Shown here: positions 1-9,908 of the stretch, one piece after another | Position numbering within the stretch: the first letter of the stretch is position 1 | Layout of the letters: each line of letters begins with the position of its first letter | DNA from: Candidatus Midichloriaceae bacterium | GTDB taxonomy: Bacteria > Pseudomonadota > Alphaproteobacteria > Rickettsiales > Midichloriaceae | Assembly: GCA_046710445.1 (NCBI GenBank) | Contig: JBKEHD010000001.1 | Location: forward strand, 1,777 to 65,776 | Direction: 5' to 3' | Length of the DNA stretch: 64,000 nucleotides | Made by a program: the position numbers and the translations under genes | The notes under the pieces: model-generated | Database searches by the model: none | Seen by the model: the letters and a program-made list of their open reading frames with translations, nothing else | Told to the model about the DNA's origin: nothing

Positions 1-1539
1 TTAGTTGTTTCAGATAATTTTTTGCAATTATTTTTAGGATGGGAAGGGGTTGGATTAAGCTCATTTTTATTGATTAGTTTTTGGTATGAAAAGAAAAGTG
101 CTAGTAACGCTGCATTGAAAGCATTTCTAGTAAATAGAGTGGGTGATATTGGATTGATTATAGCGATATTCTTGATAGCTTTAACATTTAAATCTGTAGA
201 ATTTCAGGATATTTTTTCAAATGTAGGGAAGTTTGAAAATACCTCTGTATGGTTATTAGGAAGAGAATTTTTTATTATAGATTTGATTTGCGTATTTATG
301 TTTTTTGGCTGTATGGGGAAATCTGCACAAATTGGATTACATGTTTGGTTACCTGATGCGATGGAAGGTCCCACTCCAGTTTCTGCATTGATACATGCTG
401 CAACCATGGTAACCGCGGGAGTTTTTTTGGTTGTAAGATGCTCTTTGCTTTTTGAATATTCAGATGTAGCAACGAATATGATTACATTTGTCGGGGCCAT
501 CACATGTGTGTTTGCTGCAAGTATTGCTTTGGTGCAAAATGATATAAAGAAGATAATCGCTTATTCTACATGTAGTCAATTGGGGTATATGTTTATAGCA
601 TGCGGTATATCTGCCTATCCTGTTGCAATATTTCATTTGGTAACACATGCATTTTTCAAAGCATTATTATTCTTGGGTGCAGGTAGTGTTATTCATGCCG
701 TGAATAATGAGCAAGATATACGTAAAATGGGTGGGTTATACAAAGCTTTGCCAGTAACATATATCTTGATGTGGATAGGATCTTTAGCATTAGCTGGTAT
801 TTTTCCATTTGCAGGTTATTATTCTAAAGATTTGATTTTAGAAAGTGCATATCTTGCTAATAATAAATTTTCTTTTTTTGCGTATAATATGGGTATTGTT
901 GCAGCATTATTTACAGCATTTTATTCTTGGAGATTGATATTTCTGGTATTTCACAATACTTCAAATATGAAAAAAGATCAGTTCAAAAAAGTTCATGAGA
1001 GTCCAAAAAGCATGATGATACCCATGGTACTTCTTGCAGTTGGAGCTATAATCAGTGGCTTTGTTGGAGAGCATGTTTTTGATATGGGTTTTTCTGGTAG
1101 TGATTTTTGGAATGGATCGGTAGCAGTTGAAGATTTATCACTTGAAAATATCTCCTCTATTCCTGATGCTATACATGCATTACCTTTAATTATGGGTGTA
1201 TTAGGTATTGTTATTGCGTATGTATTGTATATATTCATGAAATCTATACCTAAAAAAATAGCAACAAGGTTCAAATTTATGCATGCATTATTTTTTAATA
1301 AATATTATTTTGATGAAATTTATCATTTTATTTTTGTAAATAGCATGAGAAAATTTTCTTTAGTATGTTGGAAAGTTATTGATAACTCTTTAATAGATGG
1401 GTTTTTAAATATATCTGCAGTATCTGTTTTGCATATTTCTAAAATTTTTCAAAAATTGCAGAATGGAAAGGTTTACAGATATGCCTTTGTTATGTTGATC
1501 GGAATGATCATTTTTATATATATTGCGTTGATTAAATAA
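1..1539 (+). CDS. nuoL: NADH-quinone oxidoreductase subunit L, 5'-truncated by the window edge
   Basis: The frame is open from base 1 (LVVSDNFLQLFLGWEGVGLSSFLLISFW). It contains HVWLPDAMEGPTPVSALIHAATMVTAGV, which is typical of the antiporter-like complex I subunit. It is followed by nuoM and nuoN. Confidence 0.93.
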   Translation, partial: LVVSDNFLQLFLGWEGVGLSSFLLISFWYEKKSASNAALKAFLVNRVGDIGLIIAIFLIALTFKSVEFQDIFSNVGKFENTSVWLLGREFFIIDLICVFMFFGCMGKSAQIGLHVWLPDAMEGPTPVSALIHAATMVTAGVFLVVRCSLLFEYSDVATNMITFVGAITCVFAASIALVQNDIKKIIAYSTCSQLGYMFIACGISAYPVAIFHLVTHAFFKALLFLGAGSVIHAVNNEQDIRKMGGLYKALPVTYILMWIGSLALAGIFPFAGYYSKDLILESAYLANNKFSFFAYNMGIVAALFTAFYSWRLIFLVFHNTSNMKKDQFKKVHESPKSMMIPMVLLAVGAIISGFVGEHVFDMGFSGSDFWNGSVAVEDLSLENISSIPDAIHALPLIMGVLGIVIAYVLYIFMKSIPKKIATRFKFMHALFFNKYYFDEIYHFIFVNSMRKFSLVCWKVIDNSLIDGFLNISAVSVLHISKIFQKLQNGKVYRYAFVMLIGMIIFIYIALIK

Positions 1540-3053
1540 TGGAAAATTTTGCTATTCTAACATATTTAATTTTTATACCTTTAATCACTAGTGTGGTGAT
1601 ATCTTGTTATTCTTTTTGTATCAAAAACAAGGAGTTAGAAAGCAGTATTATGCGTATAAGCTACATTTCTCTTGGTGTAGAAATGGTATTGGGGGTGGTA
1701 TTGTTTTTTGAATTTGATCCTTCGATAGTAGATTATCAATTTCAAGAAAAATATATATGGTTTAAAAGTTGGAATGTATATTATTCTGTTGGTATTGATT
1801 CTTTCTCTATATATTTCATTTTATTAACAGTATTTTTAATTCCTCCTTGTATTTTTATAGGCCTTAGGTCGATTAAAAAAAATAAGTTGTTTTTTGTTGG
1901 TTTATTTTTAGCATTGCAGGGCTTAGTTGTGGGTGTTTTTTGTGCAAAAGATATGATTTTATTTTATGTCTTTTTTGAAGCTTTTTTGATTCCAATGTAT
2001 TTAATTATAGGTATTTGGGGCGGAAATAATAGAGTTTATGCATCTATAAAGTTTTTTATATACACATTATTTGGGTCAGTTCTTATGCTGATCGCGATAG
2101 CATATATTTTTGTTAATGAGGTATCGAATGATATATCTGAATTATCTAGATATTTGAGATATTACCCTTTTAACACACAGATGCTGTTATGGCTGGCTTT
2201 CTTTGTCGCATTTGCTATAAAAATACCGCTTTGGCCTTTTCATACTTGGCTTCCAGATGCACATGTTCAAGCCCCAACAAGTGGATCTGTAATTCTTGCT
2301 GGAGTTTTGCTAAAAATAGGGGGGTATGGACTTATTAGGTTTAATTTACCTATGTTTCCAGAGATTTCAATTTACTTTGCTGATTATGTAATATACATGG
2401 GTATTATTGCTATTATTTACACATCTATTGTGGCTTTGATGCAGACAGATATGAAAAAGATGATAGCGTATTCATCCGTTGCTCATATGGGATATGTTGT
2501 TATAGGTATTTTTTCGTTTAATAAATATGGTATAGAAGGTGCTGTATTTCAAATGATAAGTCATGGTTTGATTTCTAGTGCATTGTTTTTATGTATAGGT
2601 GTGCTTTATGAACAAACAACTAGCAAAGAAATTTCTTTGTATCAGGGTTTGGCAACTAGGATGCCAAATTTTTCTTTGTTATTCACTATATTTGTTATGG
2701 GATCAATTGCACTTCCTGGTACATCCGGATTTATAGGAGAATTTTTTGTTCTGCTTGGTGTTTTTCATGAAAATTATACTTTTGGAATTTTAGCGAGCTT
2801 AGGTATTATATTGGGTGCTATATATATGCTTTGGTTGTATATAAGGATTATATTCGGAGATCATTCTAAAACTTTTATGGTTTTACAAGATATTTGTGTA
2901 CTAGATAAATACGTATTAGGTATATTGGGAATATTGGTAGTGTTGCTAGGTATTTACCCAAGTATTATAACTAATTCTTTGAGCAAATCTGCTGCACATT
3001 TAATCAGCAGCATGAATTTTTTAAATGATAACGGGTTAAATAAATATTATTAA
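1539..3053 (+). CDS. nuoM: NADH-quinone oxidoreductase subunit M
   Basis: WPFHTWLPDAHVQAPTSGSVILAGVLLKIGGYG motif in a polytopic membrane protein. The start overlaps the nuoL stop (TAATG). Confidence 0.93.
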   Translation: MENFAILTYLIFIPLITSVVISCYSFCIKNKELESSIMRISYISLGVEMVLGVVLFFEFDPSIVDYQFQEKYIWFKSWNVYYSVGIDSFSIYFILLTVFLIPPCIFIGLRSIKKNKLFFVGLFLALQGLVVGVFCAKDMILFYVFFEAFLIPMYLIIGIWGGNNRVYASIKFFIYTLFGSVLMLIAIAYIFVNEVSNDISELSRYLRYYPFNTQMLLWLAFFVAFAIKIPLWPFHTWLPDAHVQAPTSGSVILAGVLLKIGGYGLIRFNLPMFPEISIYFADYVIYMGIIAIIYTSIVALMQTDMKKMIAYSSVAHMGYVVIGIFSFNKYGIEGAVFQMISHGLISSALFLCIGVLYEQTTSKEISLYQGLATRMPNFSLLFTIFVMGSIALPGTSGFIGEFFVLLGVFHENYTFGILASLGIILGAIYMLWLYIRIIFGDHSKTFMVLQDICVLDKYVLGILGILVVLLGIYPSIITNSLSKSAAHLISSMNFLNDNGLNKYY

Positions 3054-3056
3054 AAT

Positions 3057-4547
3057 ATGTTTAGTTTAGAAAAATTGAAAGATTTATACACCAGCTTATA
3101 TTTTTTCTTTCCAGAGATTTTTATGGTTGTTGGAGCCTTTTTGGCTTTGCTATTAGGATTATTTTTAAAAAAGAATCAATTTAGTATTGTAAGTAATTGT
3201 GTATTAATAATCTTAGTCATTAGTATATATCAGATATTACAGCTGAATTATTCTGAGGGTATTTTTATATTTAATGGCTCGTTACTGATATCAAGATTCA
3301 CAGAATACAGCAAAATTATAATCATAATTTGTAATATTATTATATTATTAAATATTCAAGCAAGAGAGTATAAAGAAAAAAAATATAGTTTTGAAGCGCC
3401 AATATTGATGTTGTTAATCACCATAGGCATGTGTGTTTTTGTGAGTAGCAGTAGCTTGATCACTCTTTATTTGGGCCTAGAATTATTTAGTTTGGGAACT
3501 TATGTATTGATCGCTTGGAATAAAAGAGATGCTAAATCAATAGAAGCCAGTTTAAAATACTTTATACTTGGCTCTATTAGTTCAGGTATTTTTTTATTTG
3601 GAGCTTCTTTTATCTATGGCAGTACAGGTTCAGTAAATTTCTTGGATATTGTAGCTAATTATTCTGAAGTTAAATTTTTAGATTATCATCAATATACTCA
3701 AAATTTATTAATGATAATTGGGTTGATCATGGTGGTTATTACTATGATGTTCAAATTATCTTTGTTTCCTTTCCATAATTGGACTCCAGATGTTTATGAA
3801 GGGAGCAATGATGAGATTGTTATTTTATTGGCATCTTCTATTAAGTATGCAGCTTTAATTGTCTTTATTCGATTGTTATTTGGACCTTTTTTGATTATTA
3901 AAGATCAATTGCAAATAATAATAGGTATTATTTCTATATCTTCGATGTTGTTTGGTAATATTGCAGCAATCATGCAAAATAACCTAAAGAGATTGATTGC
4001 TTATAGTTCAATTGGGCATATGGGTTTTGTTTTGATGAGTGTTATCATGTATAGTACGGAATATCTTAGCTTTACTATTTTTTACGCCATCACATATATC
4101 ATTTCCATTATGACCTTTTTTATTATTGTGGGTATATTAGGAAGGTATAAAACATTTGATTATAAGCTTAAAAGTTTAAGGGGTATGATTAAAAACAATC
4201 CATTTTTAGCATTTGGGCTATTGGTAGTTGTTTTCTCTATGGCTGGTATTCCTCCATTTGCAGGTTTTTTTGCTAAATTTTATATATTCTTGGGAATAAT
4301 GAAATCACAATTATATTACTTAGCATTAATTGGCTTCATAGCCTTCGTTTTGGGGATATTTTATTATCTAAATATCATAAGGTATATGTATTTTGAAAAA
4401 TCTGAACATTCCGTTGTAAAAATTGAGATAAATTTTGTTGAGAGAATTTTATTGTTCTCAGGGGTGATGTATAATTTATTGTACATATTTTTTCCATCAC
4501 AGATTATGGGTATAATTGATCACTATATTACAAGTAAAATTTTATAA
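3057..4547 (+). CDS. nuoN: NADH-quinone oxidoreductase subunit N
   Basis: FPFHNWTPDVYEGS motif in a polytopic protein. It is the third antiporter-like subunit, in the canonical L-M-N order. Confidence 0.9.
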   Translation: MFSLEKLKDLYTSLYFFFPEIFMVVGAFLALLLGLFLKKNQFSIVSNCVLIILVISIYQILQLNYSEGIFIFNGSLLISRFTEYSKIIIIICNIIILLNIQAREYKEKKYSFEAPILMLLITIGMCVFVSSSSLITLYLGLELFSLGTYVLIAWNKRDAKSIEASLKYFILGSISSGIFLFGASFIYGSTGSVNFLDIVANYSEVKFLDYHQYTQNLLMIIGLIMVVITMMFKLSLFPFHNWTPDVYEGSNDEIVILLASSIKYAALIVFIRLLFGPFLIIKDQLQIIIGIISISSMLFGNIAAIMQNNLKRLIAYSSIGHMGFVLMSVIMYSTEYLSFTIFYAITYIISIMTFFIIVGILGRYKTFDYKLKSLRGMIKNNPFLAFGLLVVVFSMAGIPPFAGFFAKFYIFLGIMKSQLYYLALIGFIAFVLGIFYYLNIIRYMYFEKSEHSVVKIEINFVERILLFSGVMYNLLYIFFPSQIMGIIDHYITSKIL

Positions 4548-4552
4548 AGATC

Positions 4553-5311
4553 ATGTTGTTAGTAGTAGATATAGGGAATACAAATATTGTTATAGGAGTT
4601 TTCGATAATAATCTTCTCACTCATGTTTTTAGGTTTGATACGGAAAGAAAAGCTTCGACAGAGTATTATATAGAAAAAATATCATCTCATATTAAATCCG
4701 AAAAAACAGATGTTAATATGGCTATCTTATCATCTGTTGTAAGGAGTTGTACTATGCAGGTGGTTGAGGCTATAAAAAGTTGTTTTAGGATTGTTCCACT
4801 CATAGCAAATGAGTGCAAACATGATTTGATTTTAGATGTTGATGATCCAAAGAAATTGGGATCAGATATATTGGCTAATGCTATTGCATCAAGAGAATTG
4901 TATGGAAAAAATTCTATATTTATAGATTTTGGTACCGCTACTGTGGTTGGTTTGATAATAGAAGGGAGTAAATTTTTAGGAGCAAGCATATTACCAGGTG
5001 TATTTACTTCATATAATGCATTAATACAAAATACTGATCTCAATTATTATGACACTTCATTTAAAAGCAGCAACATGAATTTATTTGGAAAAAACACTCA
5101 AGATGCAGTAATGTCAGGAATGAGGTCAATTTATTATTATGGAATAAAAGGCGTGGTGTCTGATATTTGTGCAAAATATAAGGGAGATTTTACTGTTGTT
5201 GTTACAGGTGGTATTAGCAATATAATAAAAGAAGAGTTAGACTTCGCTGATATATTTGATCCGTATTTAACACTAAATGGATTAAGATTTTTATATAACA
5301 TGAATAGGTGA
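4553..5311 (+). CDS. coaX: type III pantothenate kinase
   Basis: The N-terminal LLVVDIGNTNIVIGVF and the later IDFGTATV and VTGG are ASKHA-fold phosphate motifs of the CoaX/Baf family. Size (252 aa) fits. Confidence 0.85.
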   Translation: MLLVVDIGNTNIVIGVFDNNLLTHVFRFDTERKASTEYYIEKISSHIKSEKTDVNMAILSSVVRSCTMQVVEAIKSCFRIVPLIANECKHDLILDVDDPKKLGSDILANAIASRELYGKNSIFIDFGTATVVGLIIEGSKFLGASILPGVFTSYNALIQNTDLNYYDTSFKSSNMNLFGKNTQDAVMSGMRSIYYYGIKGVVSDICAKYKGDFTVVVTGGISNIIKEELDFADIFDPYLTLNGLRFLYNMNR

Positions 5312-5315
5312 TTTA

Positions 5316-5483
5316 ATGAACAATAAAACCAAAATTACTGTGAATGATTGCAAAGTTATATGTCATGGAAAACCAAATGAAAAAGAGCATCCTGCAGTTT
5401 ATCTTGCATTATCATTAAAAAACAACGAAGTGACTTGCCCTTATTGTGGAAAATGTTTTGTTTATGAAAATAAAAAAATATGA
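5316..5483 (+). CDS. zf-CHCC zinc-finger protein, NDUFS6-like (55 aa, absent from the ORF track)
   Basis: My own translation is MNNKTKITVNDCKVICHGKPNEKEHPAVYLALSLKNNEVTCPYCGKCFVYENKKI. The pattern C-x-G-x(n)-HP-x-V-Y-L ... C-P-Y-C-G-x-x-F matches the zf-CHCC domain. The TGA stop overlaps the next ATG. Confidence 0.7.
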   Translation: MNNKTKITVNDCKVICHGKPNEKEHPAVYLALSLKNNEVTCPYCGKCFVYENKKI

Positions 5484-6550
5484 ATTATTTTAAAAACACA
5501 GTTTCAACACAATTATTTTTAATAGTAATTTGTTTTGTTCTATTTTTTTCATTCATGTACACATTTATCGATATAATAACACCATTTTTGTTGGCGTTTT
5601 GTTTTGCGTATATATTAGATCCAATTGTTGTTTATTTATCTAAGAAAAAGAATATAAATAAAAGTTTTTCAGTATCTATTGTATTATGTGCATTTTTTTC
5701 TATTTTTTTTGTAGCATTTTATTATTTAGTGCCGTTATCAATTACTCAAGCTAGTAATATTGCTGAACAGTTGAATTTAAATAATAAAATTTTTAATGCG
5801 GAAATTTTTTATAAGCTGGATTCATTTGTCAAATCATCATATCCACAAATTTATGATAGTTTACAAGAGTTATATTCTAATATTAACAGTTATATTTTTA
5901 AATTTATAAAGGAAATATTTGGTAATTTGGTTCAGTCTGGAAAAGTTATGTTGAATTTAGCAACGATTTTTTTAGTTACGCCAGTTTTTACTTTTTATTT
6001 TTTGTTTGATATGGATGAAATTAAAAAATATATTAAAAATTTAATACCAAAATATTATAAATCAGATATTAATCAGTTATTTTCTCAAATAAACATTACA
6101 TTTTCAAATTACTTGAGGGGGCAATTAACTGTATCAATTTTATTGGGGTTATATTATACAGCTGGACTTCTTTTATTAAATATTAAGTATTCTATTGTTT
6201 TGGGAATGATGTCTGGTATTTCGCTATTTGTACCATATGTAGGTGTTTTGTTAAGTTTCTTTGTTGTTTCAATTATTTCTTATATTCAATTCAAGTCTTT
6301 CACAATTTTTGTTTATGTTTGCGTGATTTATATTTGTGGACATCTTTTAGAGGGTGGCTTTGTTACACCTAAATTAATAGGGAAAAAATTAAATCTTCAT
6401 CCTTTATGGATATTTTTTGGTTTGTTTTTTTGGGGATCATTATTTGGTTTTTTTGGTATTTTATTTGCTATTCCATTGACAGCTGTAACAGCTGTCTTTA
6501 TAAGATTTACTATTGGGTTATATAAGAAAAGCAAAATCTATAATTATTGA
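5480..6550 (+). CDS. AI-2E family transporter (PerM-like permease)
   Basis: Polytopic membrane protein of 356 aa. The C-terminal GHLLEGGFVTPKLIGKKLNLHPLWIFFGL block is typical of the AI-2E/PerM family. Confidence 0.7.
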   Translation: MNYFKNTVSTQLFLIVICFVLFFSFMYTFIDIITPFLLAFCFAYILDPIVVYLSKKKNINKSFSVSIVLCAFFSIFFVAFYYLVPLSITQASNIAEQLNLNNKIFNAEIFYKLDSFVKSSYPQIYDSLQELYSNINSYIFKFIKEIFGNLVQSGKVMLNLATIFLVTPVFTFYFLFDMDEIKKYIKNLIPKYYKSDINQLFSQINITFSNYLRGQLTVSILLGLYYTAGLLLLNIKYSIVLGMMSGISLFVPYVGVLLSFFVVSIISYIQFKSFTIFVYVCVIYICGHLLEGGFVTPKLIGKKLNLHPLWIFFGLFFWGSLFGFFGILFAIPLTAVTAVFIRFTIGLYKKSKIYNY

Positions 6551-6557
6551 GGTGATC

Positions 6558-6803
6558 ATGAATGCTATTGATAGCAACGGAAAAGAAATTTTAAAACAAT
6601 ATATCGAAAGGATAGAAAGATTAGAAGAAGAAAAAAATAATATTAGTAATGATATTAGGGATTTACTTTTAGACGCAAAGGCAAAAGGATTTGTGCCAAG
6701 CATAATAAAAAAAGTAATCAGAGCAAGAAAAATGGATTCAGAAAAATTAAATGAGGAAGAGGCTTTGTTTGAGTTATATAAAGATGTAGTTGGTTTAGAG
6801 TAA
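6558..6803 (+). CDS. gapR: GapR/DUF2312 nucleoid-associated protein
   Basis: LKQYIERIERLEEEKNNISNDIRDLLLDAKAKGF matches the alphaproteobacterial UPF0335/DUF2312 family. I place the start at ATG 6558, preceded by GAGGTGA, rather than the ORF-track start at 6513. Confidence 0.8.
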   Translation: MNAIDSNGKEILKQYIERIERLEEEKNNISNDIRDLLLDAKAKGFVPSIIKKVIRARKMDSEKLNEEEALFELYKDVVGLE

Positions 6804-6812
6804 TTTTTTTAT

Positions 6813-8099
6813 ATGAGAAAAAGTAAATTTTTATTTTTAACAAAAAAAGACGTTACTTCAGAAGCAAGATTGGTTTCACATAAATTGATGTTAAGAAGTG
6901 GCATGGTGAAGCAGGTGTCTTCTGGTGTTTATGCTTGGTTACCTTTGGGATTGAAGGTACTTAAAAAGATAAAAAATATAATTAGAGAAGAGTTAGATGA
7001 AATTGATGGAAATGAAATTGCATTGCCATCTTTGCAAAAATTATCTATTTGGGAAAAATCTGGAAGAGCAATAGAAGAATCAGATATGAAATCTCAAATT
7101 TTTCATTTGATTGATTGTAAGAAGAGTAAATATGTACTGCCACCTTCGGGAGAAGAGGAAGTTACCAATCTTTATAGTGATTTTTTACAATCATATAAAA
7201 ATTTGGGTAAGATGTTGTATCAAATCACGTGGAAATTTAGAGACGAAATAAGGCCAAAGCATGGTGTGATGAGATGCAAAGAGTTTTTGATGAAAGATGC
7301 TTATACATTTGATGCAACAAAGGAAAAGGCATTGGAGCATTATGAGAAAATTTTTAATGCGTATTTACGTATTTTTAAAAAAATTGGTGTTGATGTTATA
7401 CCTGTTCTTGCACCAACCGGAGCGATGGGGGGAGATTATAGTCACGAATTTCATATTTTAGCAAATGAAGGAGAGAGTCGGATTTATTATCAAAATGATT
7501 TATTTGATTATTTAAACGAGAAAAATATTTGTCTTGAAGATTTTGGAAAGCTCTATGCTAAAGAAGAAGAAAAGCATGACAAAGATGCTGCACATAATGA
7601 TGATATAGTTAGTAGTAAGAGTATAGAGGTTGGGCATATGTTTTATTTAGGGACAAAGTATAGCAAAGCCTTGGAGTGCACATATACTACAGAAGATGGT
7701 AAAATTAAACATCCTGAAATGGGATGTTATGGCATAGGTATATCCAGATTAGTTGCGGCTGTGATTGAAAATTCTCACGATGAAAAAGGAATAATATGGC
7801 CTGAATCCATCTCACCTTTTCGTATAATGCTGATAAATCTTAATATTGAAAATCAAAAATGCGTAGAGTTGTCGGAAAAAATTTATAGTATTTTAGGTGA
7901 AAAATATGAAATTTTATATGATGATTCAAAAAATAGTATTGGAAAAAAACTGAATGATGCGGATTTAATAGGAATTAGTTGGCAAATAATTGTTGGCCCA
8001 AGATTTGCGAATGATGATAAGGTTGAATTAAAAAATAGAAAGGCATCCACCGCAGAAATAGTAGATTTATCAGAAATTATTAATAAAGAATTCAATTGA
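6813..8099 (+). CDS. proS: proline--tRNA ligase (short form without the insertion/editing domain)
   Basis: WKFRDEIRPKHGVMRCKEFLMKDAYTF is class II motif 2. There is also a GCYGIGISRLV motif and a C-terminal anticodon-binding region. The 428-aa length is typical of alphaproteobacterial ProRS. Confidence 0.9.
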   Translation: MRKSKFLFLTKKDVTSEARLVSHKLMLRSGMVKQVSSGVYAWLPLGLKVLKKIKNIIREELDEIDGNEIALPSLQKLSIWEKSGRAIEESDMKSQIFHLIDCKKSKYVLPPSGEEEVTNLYSDFLQSYKNLGKMLYQITWKFRDEIRPKHGVMRCKEFLMKDAYTFDATKEKALEHYEKIFNAYLRIFKKIGVDVIPVLAPTGAMGGDYSHEFHILANEGESRIYYQNDLFDYLNEKNICLEDFGKLYAKEEEKHDKDAAHNDDIVSSKSIEVGHMFYLGTKYSKALECTYTTEDGKIKHPEMGCYGIGISRLVAAVIENSHDEKGIIWPESISPFRIMLINLNIENQKCVELSEKIYSILGEKYEILYDDSKNSIGKKLNDADLIGISWQIIVGPRFANDDKVELKNRKASTAEIVDLSEIINKEFN

Positions 8100-8196
8100 T
8101 AAATTAATTGCTTATCATATTTAGTTTGTTTTTCCCTTGAGAAAAATATAATCTACCCTATATTGGTTTTAAGAAATAATCGTTGAAAAATTTATT

Positions 8197-9894
8197 GTGG
8201 TGAACAAGAATAATAAAAATACACCTTTAAAAGAGGCAATTTTATCATGTAAGGTGATGGTAAGGTTTGTCCTTTTGTTCGGATGTTTAATTAATATACT
8301 GATGTTATCCACGCCATTATTTTCAATGCAAGTTTTAGATAGAGTATTATCGAGTCAGAATACAGATACTTTAATGATGCTAACTTTAGTCATAATATTG
8401 GCTCTGGCTTTATTGGCGTTGATACAAGCAGCTAGGTCATTTGCGATGAATAAGATGGGGGCTTGGTTTGAAAACAAACTTTCTGAGACGGTATTTTCAA
8501 ACTCAATAAGAATATCTTTAGAATCAAAAGCTATGGCAAATAGCCAGCAACTAAGAGATTTACAAACAGTAAAAACATTTTTAACAAGCCCTGGAATAAT
8601 ATCCATTATGGATATGCCATGGGCAATCATTTTTATTATAGTGTTATTTATATTGCATACAGCAATTGGTACATTGGCAATAATATCTGGGGCAGTTTTG
8701 ATAATTTTTGGTATTATAGCTGATAGATCTACTAAGCCACTTATCGAGATGAATAATGACAATTACATTAAAAGTATGAGGCAGGTTGATCAATCAACTA
8801 GAAATGCTGAAGTGATAGAGGTGATGGGGATGAGGAAAAACATCATATCTTCTTGGCAAAATATTAATCAAGAAGTGCAACAAACTCAAAATTTAGTGGC
8901 AAAAAGACAAGCTGTTTTTACTGAGATAACAAAATTTTTCAGATTAGTGATACAGATTTCAGTTACTGCATTGGGAGCGTATTTAGTGATACAGGGTCAA
9001 ATTACTTCAGGTACAATTATAGCTAGCTCATCACTTGTTGGTAGGGCATTAGCACCATTTGAACAGGCGATCCAGTCTTGGAAAGGTTTTGTGAACTGTA
9101 GAAAGTCTTATATGAGACTTACAAAATCATTTGAAAGATATGTTGATGATAGTGATAAGATGTCGTTACCTGAGCCAGAGGGTAAAATTGATGTTGAAAA
9201 TGTGTATTTTGCTCCAGTTGGTGTACCAAAACATATACTTAAGGGTGTTAATCTTTCATTAGATAAAGGCGATGTATTGGCAATTATTGGTGCAAGTGCT
9301 TCGGGCAAAACTACATTGGCAAAGTTATTAGTTGGAATTTATAATCCAAGTATTGGGGCTATCAGGATCGATGGTGCTAGTATAAAAGATTGGAAAAAAG
9401 AAGAGCTTGGTCCGCATATAGGGTATCTACCACAAGATATAGAGCTTTTTTCAGGTACAATTAAAGAAAATATAGCAAGAATGAATATCAATCCAAATCC
9501 TGATGATGTTGTTGTAGCTGCTCAGCTTTCTGGTGTTCATGATATGGTATTGCAACTTCCTAATGGATATGATTCCAATGTGGGTTTAGATGGTTCTATG
9601 CTTTCTGGTGGACAAAAACAAAGGATAGGTCTTGCAAGAGCATTTTATGGCAATCCAAAATTTATTGTATTGGATGAACCAAATGCCAGCTTGGATACAC
9701 AGGGTGAGGAAGCATTAATGACCGCAATAGCAGTTGCTAAGGAGCAAGGGATAACTACAGTTATTATTTCACATAAAACCTCTATATTGACAGCTGTTGA
9801 TAAGGTGCTTGTGATGAAAGATGGTATGGTAGCAGCTTTTGGTCCCAAAAAAGAAATTATGGAAAAGTTAAATAAAGAAAAACACGTATTGTGA
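8197..9894 (+). CDS. type I secretion system permease/ATPase (PrtD/AprD/HasD type, no C39 peptidase domain)
   Basis: N-terminal 6-TM domain, Walker A GASASGKTT, signature LSGGQKQRIGLARA and Walker B IVLDEPNASLD. It is followed by an HlyD-family gene. The start codon (GTG 8197) is uncertain. Confidence 0.88.
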   Translation: MVNKNNKNTPLKEAILSCKVMVRFVLLFGCLINILMLSTPLFSMQVLDRVLSSQNTDTLMMLTLVIILALALLALIQAARSFAMNKMGAWFENKLSETVFSNSIRISLESKAMANSQQLRDLQTVKTFLTSPGIISIMDMPWAIIFIIVLFILHTAIGTLAIISGAVLIIFGIIADRSTKPLIEMNNDNYIKSMRQVDQSTRNAEVIEVMGMRKNIISSWQNINQEVQQTQNLVAKRQAVFTEITKFFRLVIQISVTALGAYLVIQGQITSGTIIASSSLVGRALAPFEQAIQSWKGFVNCRKSYMRLTKSFERYVDDSDKMSLPEPEGKIDVENVYFAPVGVPKHILKGVNLSLDKGDVLAIIGASASGKTTLAKLLVGIYNPSIGAIRIDGASIKDWKKEELGPHIGYLPQDIELFSGTIKENIARMNINPNPDDVVVAAQLSGVHDMVLQLPNGYDSNVGLDGSMLSGGQKQRIGLARAFYGNPKFIVLDEPNASLDTQGEEALMTAIAVAKEQGITTVIISHKTSILTAVDKVLVMKDGMVAAFGPKKEIMEKLNKEKHVL

Positions 9895-9908
9895 TAAAAT
9901 ATTAATAT

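Noticed and set aside
4687-5043. Other antisense or alternate-frame ORFs of 60-137 aa in the track. Examples are 4687..5043, 8355..8762, 10328..10672, 19913..20269, 34586..34999, 57447..57782, 59961..60275 and 61535..61777.
   Set aside because: Each is fully nested in a confidently identified conserved gene on the other strand or frame. None shows a motif, signal peptide plus domain, or plausible RBS. I treat them as shadow ORFs.
8305-8313. A DnaA-box-like 9-mer, TTATCCACG.
   Set aside because: It is a single imperfect copy inside the T1SS ABC coding sequence, with no cluster of boxes or AT-rich unwinding element nearby. It is not evidence for an origin.
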